A stretch of 39,767 bases of DNA from the sequence record DRR378314_1572; one strand, written 5' to 3'. This document shows, piece by piece, positions 18,442 to 27,761 of the stretch (its first letter is position 1; each line of letters begins with the position of its first letter). The position numbers were made by a program, and so were the translations under genes. Under the pieces are notes generated by a model, which saw only the letters and a program-made list of their open reading frames with translations, made no database searches and was not told where the DNA came from.

Positions 18442-19449
18442 ATGCGCATGAAGATGTTCGCCGCGGAGACCCTTGAGGCCGCCAAAGCGATGATTTTTGC
18501 CGAAATGGGCGCCGACGCCGTCATCCTGTCCGAGCGGGAGATCGAAGGCGGTGTGGAAGTCCGCGCGGCCACAGACAAGCTGGGCGGCGGCGTTGTGCCG
18601 AGTGAGCCTCTCTTCCTGAGGGACGCTCGGGGAGGGCATGGCCGCGGCGCTGAAAATCCACTCTATAGCCGAGTGCGGGATGCGCTGCTCTGGCATGGTG
18701 CGCCGCAACGGTTTGCGGACCGTGTGGCCCATGAGGGTGCAGACCAGAATGCGATCCCCGGAGATTCGCCAGAGGATTCGATTGCTGCTGGTCTTGAGCG
18801 CATCGTCACCTGCGATCCAATCCCGGCGCGTCTGGAGAAAGACATCATTCTGGTTGGTCCACCCGGACATGGCCGCACGGCGACCGCTGCCAAGCTCACA
18901 CGCCGCGCCGCAGTGGCACGCACGGCCATCCTGCCAGTTGCTGCAGACCTCGACGGAACGGCTGGCGGCGAACAGCTTGCGGCCTATCTTGAGAATGAAC
19001 GCGACCAGATCCGCATTGCGGAGACGCCAGATGCCCTGTTCGACGCGCTGCGCGCCGCCCGGGCTGCAGGTCAGCGCTGTGTGATTGACCTGCCAAGCAT
19101 TAATCCATTCGATCAGGATGACATGGCCAGCCTGCAGGACCTGATCCAGGTCGTGCGCGCCGAGCCTATCCTCGTCATGTCGGCAGAAGGTCACCCCGAA
19201 GACCAGACGGATGCCGCAAAGATCTTTGCACGGGCCGGTGTTCGCCGCGCAATTCTGACCAAGCTGGATATTGCCCGGCGGCGGGGAGGGGCGATTTCCG
19301 CACTTTCCTCTGCCGGCATAGCCTTCTCACACCTAGCTGTAACGCCATTCATCGGCGGCGGACTTGTCCCGGCTGCACCCTCCCGGCTCGCTGCGCTGCT
19401 GATGGAAGATGCGCCGGGCGATGTTATCGCCCTGAAAGGAGCTGCGTAG
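18442..19449 (+). CDS. flhF: FlhF-like SRP-family GTPase with degenerate active site
   Basis: FlhF N-terminus MRMKMFAA...EMGADAVILS...VEVRAA; G1 GPPGHGRT, G3 DLPS, G4 TKLD; directly upstream of flhG. Confidence 0.8.
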   Translation: MRMKMFAAETLEAAKAMIFAEMGADAVILSEREIEGGVEVRAATDKLGGGVVPSEPLFLRDARGGHGRGAENPLYSRVRDALLWHGAPQRFADRVAHEGADQNAIPGDSPEDSIAAGLERIVTCDPIPARLEKDIILVGPPGHGRTATAAKLTRRAAVARTAILPVAADLDGTAGGEQLAAYLENERDQIRIAETPDALFDALRAARAAGQRCVIDLPSINPFDQDDMASLQDLIQVVRAEPILVMSAEGHPEDQTDAAKIFARAGVRRAILTKLDIARRRGGAISALSSAGIAFSHLAVTPFIGGGLVPAAPSRLAALLMEDAPGDVIALKGAA

Positions 19450-19453
19450 TCCT

Positions 19454-20293
19454 ATGAGCTTCATGCTTCGAAAATCTCAGGAACGTCCGGCCCAGCGCCC
19501 GACGCCTCGTGTTGCCCCGGCCTCCATTATCGCTGTTGCCAGCGGCAAGGGCGGTGTGGGCAAGACCTTCATGGCCATCACCCTGGCATCGGCCTTTGCG
19601 CAGGCAGGAAAGCGGACCTTGTTGGTCGACGGTGACCTCGGCCTTGCCAATGTTGATGTTCAACTGGGCATTGCTCCGGAAACGGATCTCGCCGCAGTTA
19701 TTGCTGGCTGGGTCGAACTGGATGATGCGGTCACGCCGGTCGATGGCGGCGCAGCGGATGGCGGCTTTGATGTGCTGCCGGGCCGGTCTGGCTCGGGCGC
19801 GCTGGCAGAATTGCCGCCAGAAGAAGTTGCGCGCCTGGCGGCCGGACTTTCCGCGCTGGCGCTTCAGTATGATCAGGTCGTCGTCGATCTGGGCGCCGGC
19901 ATTGAGGCCAATTGCATGCGCTTGGCGCGTGCGGCTGACAAGGCGCTCATGGTGATCACCGATGAGCCGACATCGATGACGGATGCCTACGCCTTCATCA
20001 AGGTGCTGCGTGGCTATGCGCCGAATGTCGAGCCGGTCATCTGTATCAACCAGGCAGAGTCACGCGCCGCGGGGCAGCGCACTTACGAAGCCATTGCGCG
20101 GGCTTGTCAGACTTTCCTGGGCTTCCGGCCCCATCTGGCCGGTACGGTCATGCGGGACCCGAAAGTGCGGGATGCCATCCGTTGCCAGAAGACGCTGATC
20201 TCGACCGATCAGCAGGCCCAGCCGATCCAGGATGCCATCGCAATTTCGCAGATGCTGATCGGTGGCCGTCAGGGCGCGGATCTTGGCTATTAA
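19454..20293 (+). CDS. flhG: MinD/ParA family ATPase FlhG (FleN)
   Basis: ASGKGGVGKT deviant Walker A, DGDLGLANVDVQLG, DLGAG, EPTSMTDAYAFIK. Confidence 0.9.
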   Translation: MSFMLRKSQERPAQRPTPRVAPASIIAVASGKGGVGKTFMAITLASAFAQAGKRTLLVDGDLGLANVDVQLGIAPETDLAAVIAGWVELDDAVTPVDGGAADGGFDVLPGRSGSGALAELPPEEVARLAAGLSALALQYDQVVVDLGAGIEANCMRLARAADKALMVITDEPTSMTDAYAFIKVLRGYAPNVEPVICINQAESRAAGQRTYEAIARACQTFLGFRPHLAGTVMRDPKVRDAIRCQKTLISTDQQAQPIQDAIAISQMLIGGRQGADLGY

Positions 20294-20322
20294 TTTGTGT
20301 GAAGAAAGCGGAAGTTTGGGGG

Positions 20323-20416
20323 GTGAATCGCACGGCTTGTTAACCTTCGTTAAAGGATCAGCCCGTAGGATTCACATTGACAGGAAATGCGGCTAACTTG
20401 GTCGTAATGATGATTC
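20323..20416 (+). promoter_or_regulatory. ctrA promoter with a CtrA site and three CcrM (GANTC) sites
   Basis: TTAA-ccttcg-TTAA (20340-20353); GANTC at 20325, 20369 and 20412; TTGACA at 20377-20382. Confidence 0.7.
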
Positions 20417-20428
20417 GGGAGACGAGAG

Positions 20429-21142
20429 ATGCGCGTCCTGCTGATTGAAGATGATAGTGCGGTGGCGCGTTCCATCGAGTTGATGCTGAAGGCTGCAGGC
20501 TTCAACATCTACACAACCGACCTCGGTGAAGAGGGCGTGGACCTCGGAAAAGTGTACGAGTACGACATGATCGTTCTCGACCTGTCCCTGCCGGACATCT
20601 CCGGATACGAAGTGCTCAAGCAGCTTCGCATGGGCCGTGTGAACACCCCGGTCATGATTCTTTCCGGCAATCCGGACATCGAAGCCAAGGTGAAAACTCT
20701 GGGCTATGGCGCAGACGACTACCTCACCAAGCCATTCAACAAGGACGAGCTGATCGCCCGTATCACGGCCATTGTGCGCCGCTCCAAAGGCCATGCCGAG
20801 AGCGTTATCCGCACTGGCGAAATCGTCGTGAACCTCGATGCCAAGACCGTGGAAGTCGACGATGAGCGCGTCCACCTGACCGGCAAGGAATACCAGATGT
20901 TCGAGTTGCTCTCCTTGCGGAAGGGCACGACGCTGACCAAGGAAATGTTCCTGAACCACCTGTATGGCGGTATGGACGAGCCGGAATTGAAGATCATCGA
21001 CGTGTTCATCTGTAAGCTGCGCAAGAAGCTGCAGAATGCGACCGGCGGAAACCATTACATCGAGACTGTCTGGGGCCGCGGCTATGTGCTGCGCGACCCA
21101 CGCCCGAGCTCGAAGACAGCGGATATCGAAGAAGCCGCATAA
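20429..21142 (+). CDS. ctrA: cell cycle master regulator CtrA
   Basis: [23 protein letters not shown], Asp51, [53 protein letters not shown]-terminal AA degron. Confidence 0.98.
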   Translation: MRVLLIEDDSAVARSIELMLKAAGFNIYTTDLGEEGVDLGKVYEYDMIVLDLSLPDISGYEVLKQLRMGRVNTPVMILSGNPDIEAKVKTLGYGADDYLTKPFNKDELIARITAIVRRSKGHAESVIRTGEIVVNLDAKTVEVDDERVHLTGKEYQMFELLSLRKGTTLTKEMFLNHLYGGMDEPELKIIDVFICKLRKKLQNATGGNHYIETVWGRGYVLRDPRPSSKTADIEEAA

Positions 21143-21171
21143 GGCCACTCGCCTTTAATCCAAATTCATCG

Positions 21172-21206
21172 AACCCCGGCCCCAGGCTGGGGTTTTTTTG
21201 TTTTTT
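21172..21206 (+). terminator. rho-independent terminator of ctrA
   Basis: AACCCCGGCC-cca-GGCTGGGGTT stem followed by a T-tract. Confidence 0.85.
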
Positions 21207-21320
21207 CCTGACGTGCAGTTGCGGAGTAGGTGCATTCGCCCCTGACGGGAACGCTGTTGCGCCCACTGCACGAGGCGGCAATATTCGTTTCTCTTTTGGG
21301 ATGAAATTCGGGGCTGATTC

Positions 21321-22904
21321 ATGAAAAGACATTGGGGTCGGACTCTGCTTTTGGCAGGGTGTGCAATACTTGCGCTGGGAGCATGTGGGGGAGGCGGCGG
21401 CTCATCCGATGGTGGTGTGACGGCCAGTCCGCCCCCTCCACCGCCCCCACCCCCTCCACCACCCCCGGCTAACACGCCTCCGGAGCTTGCCTATACGCTC
21501 ACGCCTGAAAGTCCCGAGGAAGGTCGCCCATTTGTAATCGACGCGACCGCTTCCAGCGATGCAGAGGGCGAGCCATTGACGTGGACCCTCGAACAGGTCG
21601 CCGGGCCGGCGCCCAGTGACGTGCCGCTCGGAGAGGATGAGGCCGTTGAAGGAGAGGCCATGTTTGCCTTCCGGGCGCCTGAAGTGGATCAGGATACGCT
21701 GATGGAGTTCGAACTCACGATTTCCGATGGTGAGGATATCACAATGGAGCGGATTTCTGTCGGAATACAGAATATCGAATTGACCCCCACTGTGTCGCTC
21801 TTGGGGGAGGCGGTTGCGCTATTTGACGGTCTTCACAATCCGGAACAGGCCGATTTCTACTCCATGTCGTTCGGAGATCACGAGATTGGTGTGAACGGCA
21901 TCGCCGATGCTGATGACGATTCCGGACGCATTCTTTTCCGCTACATGAATGATTATGTGACCGAGGAATTCTCGGACCTCCAAACCCTTGCGTTGGAAGG
22001 GTCGGTCGTGGGAGAGAGCGCCACTCTGCAAATGGAATACATGAACGGGTTTTCGCCTTCCTTGCTGATCGGGCTGGAAGAGAGCGATCAAATTCATATC
22101 AAGGAAGCATTTGCCCAAATCGTGGAGACGGAGGCGCCGTGCGCCTTTTCGCTGCTCAGTTCTTCGATCCACGACACACAGAATGACCTGCTCGTCGGCA
22201 GTAGAGGTGCCGGCTTGAAGATATTTCAGTTCGACAAGTTTCCGCGTGGCACCTTCGCGCCCGGTGAAGAGCCGGTGCTGGAAGTGGGGCCAATTTTGGC
22301 GAGCACGGGAAATTTCTGTTTTGCGAACGCCTGGGGCAGCCACATCATTGGATATGATGAGGCGACAAGTACGTTGCGTTTCTGGGACGTCGTATGGGGA
22401 GGTGAACCGGACGAGATGGCGTCTGTGCCGATCAGCCTGCCCGAGAGCGGGCCGCTCGTGGATGCCGATTTTTACATAGATGAGGTAGGCCATTTTGTTG
22501 CAGCCTTCGTGTCCTCGAATGGCGCACATGAGGGGCAACATGAACTGTGGATTTATGCCAACCAGTTTGATGGCTCCGGTCCGGTTCAGGTCCAGAAATA
22601 TAGCTGGGACAAGGGCGTTCCTTCTGATGTGATATTGGCGGATTTGGATACGGGCGACGTGGATGCTCAGGCGGATGTTCTCATCACTCTGGAGACGGTG
22701 CCGTATCTCATCCGTGTCGAGCAGACGGGGGATTTGTCGCTGGGGGATACCAGGCCGAGCTTTGAAGAGTTGACCTATGTGCCCACTACGCTCTGGAACA
22801 CCAGCGTTCGCAAGGCAGGCGCCCCCGACTTCACGACCCAGACGCTGATCTTGACCCAGACCCGGACGGGGAAGGTGTCGATGATGGAATTGACACCCGA
22901 CTAG
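21321..22904 (+). CDS. acidic lipoprotein with poly-Pro linker, PKD/Ig-like domain and probable beta-rich C-terminal domain
   Basis: Lipobox LGA-C, Gly5, Pro13, DATASSDAEGEPLTWTLEQVAGP...FRAPEV...FELTISDG. Confidence 0.75.
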   Translation: MKRHWGRTLLLAGCAILALGACGGGGGSSDGGVTASPPPPPPPPPPPPPANTPPELAYTLTPESPEEGRPFVIDATASSDAEGEPLTWTLEQVAGPAPSDVPLGEDEAVEGEAMFAFRAPEVDQDTLMEFELTISDGEDITMERISVGIQNIELTPTVSLLGEAVALFDGLHNPEQADFYSMSFGDHEIGVNGIADADDDSGRILFRYMNDYVTEEFSDLQTLALEGSVVGESATLQMEYMNGFSPSLLIGLEESDQIHIKEAFAQIVETEAPCAFSLLSSSIHDTQNDLLVGSRGAGLKIFQFDKFPRGTFAPGEEPVLEVGPILASTGNFCFANAWGSHIIGYDEATSTLRFWDVVWGGEPDEMASVPISLPESGPLVDADFYIDEVGHFVAAFVSSNGAHEGQHELWIYANQFDGSGPVQVQKYSWDKGVPSDVILADLDTGDVDAQADVLITLETVPYLIRVEQTGDLSLGDTRPSFEELTYVPTTLWNTSVRKAGAPDFTTQTLILTQTRTGKVSMMELTPD

Positions 22905-22949
22905 GGGTACAGGGCTTGCCTTGCCGTACAAACAGATGACATTGGGCGC

Positions 22950-23555
22950 ATGTCCCAGAATTCTGCCGGTCCTGAAATTCTTCGTCTGATTGAGCTTGTC
23001 TCGCGCCTTCCGGGCCTTGGGCCCCGGTCTGCGCGGAGGGTGGCATTGTTCCTGTTGAAGCGGCGCGACACCTTGTTGAAGCCGCTCGCAGACGCGCTGG
23101 CGGAAGCTGGCGAAAAGATCGAGCGCTGCAAGACGTGCGGGAATTTTGATACGGTCCAGCCCTGCGCGGTCTGTCAGGCGGATGGTCGTGATGATGGCCT
23201 TGTGTGTGTCGTCGAGGATGTGCCCGATCTCTGGGCACTGGAGCGAGGCGGCGCCTTCCGCGGACGGTATCACGTTTTGGGGGGTGTATTGTCCGCGATT
23301 GATGGCATCACGCCGGAAGACCTGAACATTCCATCCCTCGTCACGCGGGTTGAGGCGGGCGGTGTTCGCGAAGTGATCCTGGCCCTCAACGCGACGGTCG
23401 ATGGCCAGACGACGGCGCACTATGTCGCCGAGCTTCTGGAAGGGAAGGGCGTTAGCGTCACGCGGCTCGCCCATGGCGTGCCAGTGGGCGGCGAACTCGA
23501 CCATCTTGATGATGGCACGCTCGCCGCCGCGCTGCGGTCGCGCCGGGATATCTAG
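22950..23555 (+). CDS. recR: recombination mediator RecR
   Basis: [11 protein letters not shown] HhH, C4 zinc finger, CVVEDVPDL Toprim, [18 protein letters not shown]. Confidence 0.96.
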   Translation: MSQNSAGPEILRLIELVSRLPGLGPRSARRVALFLLKRRDTLLKPLADALAEAGEKIERCKTCGNFDTVQPCAVCQADGRDDGLVCVVEDVPDLWALERGGAFRGRYHVLGGVLSAIDGITPEDLNIPSLVTRVEAGGVREVILALNATVDGQTTAHYVAELLEGKGVSVTRLAHGVPVGGELDHLDDGTLAAALRSRRDI

Positions 23556-23561
23556 ATCAGT

Positions 23562-24698
23562 CTATTCGGCCTCGACCGGATCGACGCGGAAGATGCCGTC
23601 GAAATCCTTGGTGGCCACATATAGGTGCCCGTCCGGGCCCTGCACGACATCGCGGATCGCATACTCGCCGTCAAACAGCGATTCCCGTCCAACAACTTCG
23701 CCATTCTCCATGTCGATCCGGGTCAGCTCCAGGCCTGCAGGGCCATTCATGCCGCCCGTGAAGAGATCGCCTTTCCAGCCGGGATAAACATCGCTGGTCA
23801 GCATGACGAGTCCGGACGGCGCGATGGAGGGCACCCAATAGGTCATGGGCTGGGCCATGCCTTCGGCTTCGGTTTCGTTGGTGATGATGGTGCCGTCATA
23901 GTTCACGCCATAGGTGATTTTCGGCCAGCCATAATTTGTTCCCGGCGTCACGAGGTTCAGCTCGTCGCCGCCTTTCGGACCGTGTTCGGTTTCGTACAGC
24001 GTGTCTGTTTCCGGGTCGTAGTAGAGGCCTTGGACATTCCGGTGACCATAGGAGTACACCGATGGTTTGCCATTTTCGCCATCGGCGAATGGATTATCCG
24101 CTGGAATGGAGCCATCTGCGTTGATGCGGACGATCTTGCCGTGCGTGTTGGTCGGGTCCTGGGAATCCTTCATGTATTTGAAGCCTTCGCCCAGAGAGAC
24201 GAACAGCGTGCCGTCATTCGCGAATTGCAGGCGCGCGCCGTAATGATAAGCGGTATCGCGGGCATCAGCCCAGAAGATTTCCTCGACATTCTCCAGCGCG
24301 CTGGCGTCGTCGCTCAACCGGCCCTTGATGACGGCAGTGGCGTTGGCGGCGTCATCACCCTTTGAATAGGCGATATAGACGAGCCGATTCGATTCGAAGT
24401 CCGGATCGAGCGTAATGCCGAGATACCCGGCCTGTCCCTCGACATAGGCCTCCGGCAGGCCGCTGACCGCACTCGGGGCGCCTTCGCCCCCGGCAACGAA
24501 TTTCAGGCCGCCTTCTTTCTCGGTGAACAGCAAATCGCCATTCGGCAGAAACGTCATGCCCCACGGCCATTCAGCCTCCTCGACAATCGGAGTCAGCGCG
24601 ACTTCGAAATCGCTGGTGGCGGCAGGAGTGGTTTCAGCCGGACCACCACATGCGGCAGCAAGCAGGGTGAGCGGGATGATGGGGGTGAGGTGGCGCAT
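23562..24698 (-). CDS. PQQ-dependent sugar (glucose/sorbosone) dehydrogenase, lipoprotein
   Basis: LAA-C lipobox, PWGMTFLP, YSYGHRNVQG, EHGPKGGDELN, NYGWP, WVPSIAPSG; GGAGG RBS before ATG 24698. Confidence 0.9.
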   Translation of the reverse strand: MRHLTPIIPLTLLAAACGGPAETTPAATSDFEVALTPIVEEAEWPWGMTFLPNGDLLFTEKEGGLKFVAGGEGAPSAVSGLPEAYVEGQAGYLGITLDPDFESNRLVYIAYSKGDDAANATAVIKGRLSDDASALENVEEIFWADARDTAYHYGARLQFANDGTLFVSLGEGFKYMKDSQDPTNTHGKIVRINADGSIPADNPFADGENGKPSVYSYGHRNVQGLYYDPETDTLYETEHGPKGGDELNLVTPGTNYGWPKITYGVNYDGTIITNETEAEGMAQPMTYWVPSIAPSGLVMLTSDVYPGWKGDLFTGGMNGPAGLELTRIDMENGEVVGRESLFDGEYAIRDVVQGPDGHLYVATKDFDGIFRVDPVEAE

Positions 24699-24763
24699 GA
24701 GGGATCCTCCAATATGGGGCAGGGCAGTCGGGGCAGATAATAGGGTGGCGCTATCAAATGACC

Positions 24764-24797
24764 AAACAAAAAGGGTGGCCCCGACAAGGGCCACCCT
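24764..24797 (-). terminator. rho-independent terminator of the TonB-dependent receptor gene
   Basis: AGGGTGGCCC-N6-GGGCCACCCT perfect stem followed by TTTTGTTT on the minus strand. Confidence 0.85.
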
Positions 24798-24821
24798 CAA
24801 TTCATGGATCAGCTAAGTGTG

Positions 24822-27761
24822 TTACCAGGACTTCTTGACCGTGACGCCATACAGGGCTGGCTCGGTCAGGAAGGCGTTGGTGAACAGGCCGGAGGAATCA
24901 TCGGTGAGGTACGTACCGGTGATGACTTCTTCATCGGTCAGGTTCTTGGCGAACACTTCTACGCCCCAGCCGCTCTGTTCATTGTTGAACAGGATCGACA
25001 GGTTGACGTTGGACCAGGACTCCAGCTCGTCACGTGGAGTGTTCCAGATCCGGCTATAGCTGTCGGACTGCATGTAGTAGTCGCCGCGGATCGTCATATC
25101 CCAATCAGAATTGCCGAGGGATTGGAATGTGTATTCCGCTGCAAGGTTCAGCGTCATTTCCGGAGCACCCGGCATGGAATTGCCGTCCAGATTTTTCGCA
25201 TCACCTTCAATCGCCTGCAGGGCCGTTGCGGTCTGTGTGTCACCATTTGAGTCGGTGTATGTCACTGTCACACCACCAAGACCGAGCGCTGCTTCCGTGA
25301 AGGCGCGGTCTGTGGCTGCGCTGCCGGACCCGCCAGTCGTGCCGTTTACCGCGTCGTAGAAGGACGTTCCAAACGCGCCAGTACAGAGCTGCAGGGTTGC
25401 GCCGGTCAGTGCCGGATTGGCCTGAATGGCGCCCAATACGGTTGCATAACCTTGCGCCGAGATCACACAGTTCGAATAGGAACTGGAGTTCTTCAGTGCA
25501 ACCATATCCGCCCGACCGTTGGTCCGATCCAGCACATCAATACCGTAGGTATCGATGACTTCGGCGTTCAGCAGGCCCAAATTTGCCGTCAGCAGCCAGT
25601 TATCGGCTGGGGTCCAGAGACCTTCCAGTTCGATACCTTGAAGTTCTGCATCTACGTTGATGTTCACGGAAGACCGGTTGATGATCTGCGTGATCTGGTA
25701 GCCTTCATAGTCATACATGAAGCCGGTCAGGTTCAGCTGGGCTGTGCCGTCCGCGAATGTGTTCTTCGTACCGATTTCATAAGAGTTGATGAACTCTGGA
25801 TCGAAGGTTTGCGGGAACAGGTTTGCGCCAGCGGGCTGTGGTGGGTTGATACCGCCGCCCTTGTAGCCCTTGGAGTAGAAACCATAGATCAGCGAATCGT
25901 CAGTGAAGCTGAGATCAGGCGTCCAGTCGAAACCGACACGGCCAGTCACTTCCTGGAAGTCCGCCTTCAGCTTGCCTTGTGATGCCAATGGGTCAGCGCC
26001 AGCAGCTTGCGGTGTGAACAGGAAGGTATTGACGATATCCTGCTCTTTCTGGTCGTCCGTATAGCGAAGACCGAGCGTCAGCTGTAAATCGTCAGACACG
26101 TCGTAGTAGCCTTCGCCGAAGACGGCGAACGATTCCAGCTCATAAGGAGACAGCGAACGGAAATAGTTGCCGCCATCGCCATTCAGGCTGAGGTCGAAGA
26201 GAGACGCGGTCGTGGTGGCCGTTGACCCTGTGTCGAGCGGAACGTTTCCGCCAAAGAGTGCACCGCCAGCAGCGTTGTTGATCTGCGTCAGCGCTGTCAG
26301 AGCGTTGGACAGAACATAGTAGCCGTCTTCCGGATTGCGTGGGTCAATGGACTCGAAATCAACCTTGATGGCACCAAGGTTGAAGTTGAACGGACCATCG
26401 AAGTCAGACTGCAGACGAAGCTCGTGAGTAGTCTGCTCGCTGTTCGCGCCTGAGAGGTCAAACGTGCGGAACGAATTGGCTGCGCCCAGTTCCGGGTCGG
26501 TTACAACACCACCCGGGAAGAGCAGTCCGTAAAGTGGCGCAAGCGCTGGGTTGATGAAGGGGCCCGCTGTCTCATTGAAGTTCAATGCAGCGGATGCCTT
26601 GTTGTAGTCCTCACGGGAAACAACGGAGCTTTCATTGTAGCTGCCGAGATAGGTCAGCAACAGATTGTCGCCAATGTCTGCTTCCGCTTTCCAGGAATAG
26701 AGCGTCTGCTCTGCCTGATACATCGGGTCGAATGCCGACTCGATCTTGCGAAGGTCTGCGATGGCCGGATCCGTGTTCACGTCGCCATTCAAGAGGCCGG
26801 CGAGAATGCCGAGGCCACCAGCCAGCGTCGCTTGAGAATTCACCCGGTCGCGGGATTGATCAAGCGGCGCATCCACACAGCCGAGAGATGTTGCCAGCTG
26901 GTCAAAAGCTGTGACCGGAACACCCATGAACGTGTCGAAGCCCGGGTCCTTGGCGCAGAGCTGCTTGCCCGAGCGGAGACGGGAATCGTCTTCCTCGAAG
27001 TGTTCGACGGAAATCCAGCCGCGGGCCCAGTCAGTTGGCTCGACGGCCAGGGTCGCCCGGATGCTGTAGAGGTCGCGATCGTCGACATCATTGCCCGTGG
27101 TCAGATTGTCCACATAACCATCACGGCTGAGATAGGAACCAGCAACGCGCAGGGCAGCCGCATCTCCGATGGGCAGGTTGACCATGCCCTTACCCTTGAA
27201 GGTGTTGTAGTTGCCATAGGTCAGCTCGGCATCGGCCTGGAACTCTCCGAGCACCGGCTTGGCGGTAATCAGGTTGAACACACCACCGGTGGCGTTCCGG
27301 CCATAGAGCGTTCCCTGAGGTCCACGCAGTACCTCAACACGCTCAACATCATAAAACTCGGCTTCGAAGAGGCGGTTGGCCGTGAGCGGAATGTCATTCT
27401 GGTGAATACCCACGCCGGCGTCACCAGACTGTGCCACAACATCTGCACCGATGCCGCGGATCTTGAAGTTGAAACTGGTGAAGTTGCCCTTCGTGAAGCT
27501 GACGTTCGGAATCGACTTCACAAGGTCCGGGCCGCCTGCAAGCTGCAAGCGGTTCAGCGCGTCTTCGTCAAAGGCCGAAACCGCAATCGGAACATCCTGA
27601 ATGGATTCTTCGGTTTTCTGGGTTGTCACCGTGACGGTGGAAAGCGTGCGCGGGCTTTCGTCGGAATCGTCCTGAGCCATGGCTGCAGGTGCTGCGAGTC
27701 CGAAAACCAGGGCGGATGCCCCAGCCAGCCAGACGCACTTCGAGTGTCTGTTATTTCGCAT
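24822..27761 (-). CDS. TonB-dependent outer membrane receptor
   Basis: Signal peptide, TonB box TVTVT, IQDVPIAVSAF, RVEVLRGPQGTLYGRNATGG, C-terminal Trp. Confidence 0.95.
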   Translation of the reverse strand: MRNNRHSKCVWLAGASALVFGLAAPAAMAQDDSDESPRTLSTVTVTTQKTEESIQDVPIAVSAFDEDALNRLQLAGGPDLVKSIPNVSFTKGNFTSFNFKIRGIGADVVAQSGDAGVGIHQNDIPLTANRLFEAEFYDVERVEVLRGPQGTLYGRNATGGVFNLITAKPVLGEFQADAELTYGNYNTFKGKGMVNLPIGDAAALRVAGSYLSRDGYVDNLTTGNDVDDRDLYSIRATLAVEPTDWARGWISVEHFEEDDSRLRSGKQLCAKDPGFDTFMGVPVTAFDQLATSLGCVDAPLDQSRDRVNSQATLAGGLGILAGLLNGDVNTDPAIADLRKIESAFDPMYQAEQTLYSWKAEADIGDNLLLTYLGSYNESSVVSREDYNKASAALNFNETAGPFINPALAPLYGLLFPGGVVTDPELGAANSFRTFDLSGANSEQTTHELRLQSDFDGPFNFNLGAIKVDFESIDPRNPEDGYYVLSNALTALTQINNAAGGALFGGNVPLDTGSTATTTASLFDLSLNGDGGNYFRSLSPYELESFAVFGEGYYDVSDDLQLTLGLRYTDDQKEQDIVNTFLFTPQAAGADPLASQGKLKADFQEVTGRVGFDWTPDLSFTDDSLIYGFYSKGYKGGGINPPQPAGANLFPQTFDPEFINSYEIGTKNTFADGTAQLNLTGFMYDYEGYQITQIINRSSVNINVDAELQGIELEGLWTPADNWLLTANLGLLNAEVIDTYGIDVLDRTNGRADMVALKNSSSYSNCVISAQGYATVLGAIQANPALTGATLQLCTGAFGTSFYDAVNGTTGGSGSAATDRAFTEAALGLGGVTVTYTDSNGDTQTATALQAIEGDAKNLDGNSMPGAPEMTLNLAAEYTFQSLGNSDWDMTIRGDYYMQSDSYSRIWNTPRDELESWSNVNLSILFNNEQSGWGVEVFAKNLTDEEVITGTYLTDDSSGLFTNAFLTEPALYGVTVKKSW

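Noticed and set aside
21819-23504. 561-aa minus-strand ORF and similar long antisense ORFs (e.g. 5163-6098, 26832-27797, 15939-16823)
   Set aside because: Shadows of real genes on the opposite strand, as expected in high-GC DNA; no recognisable motifs
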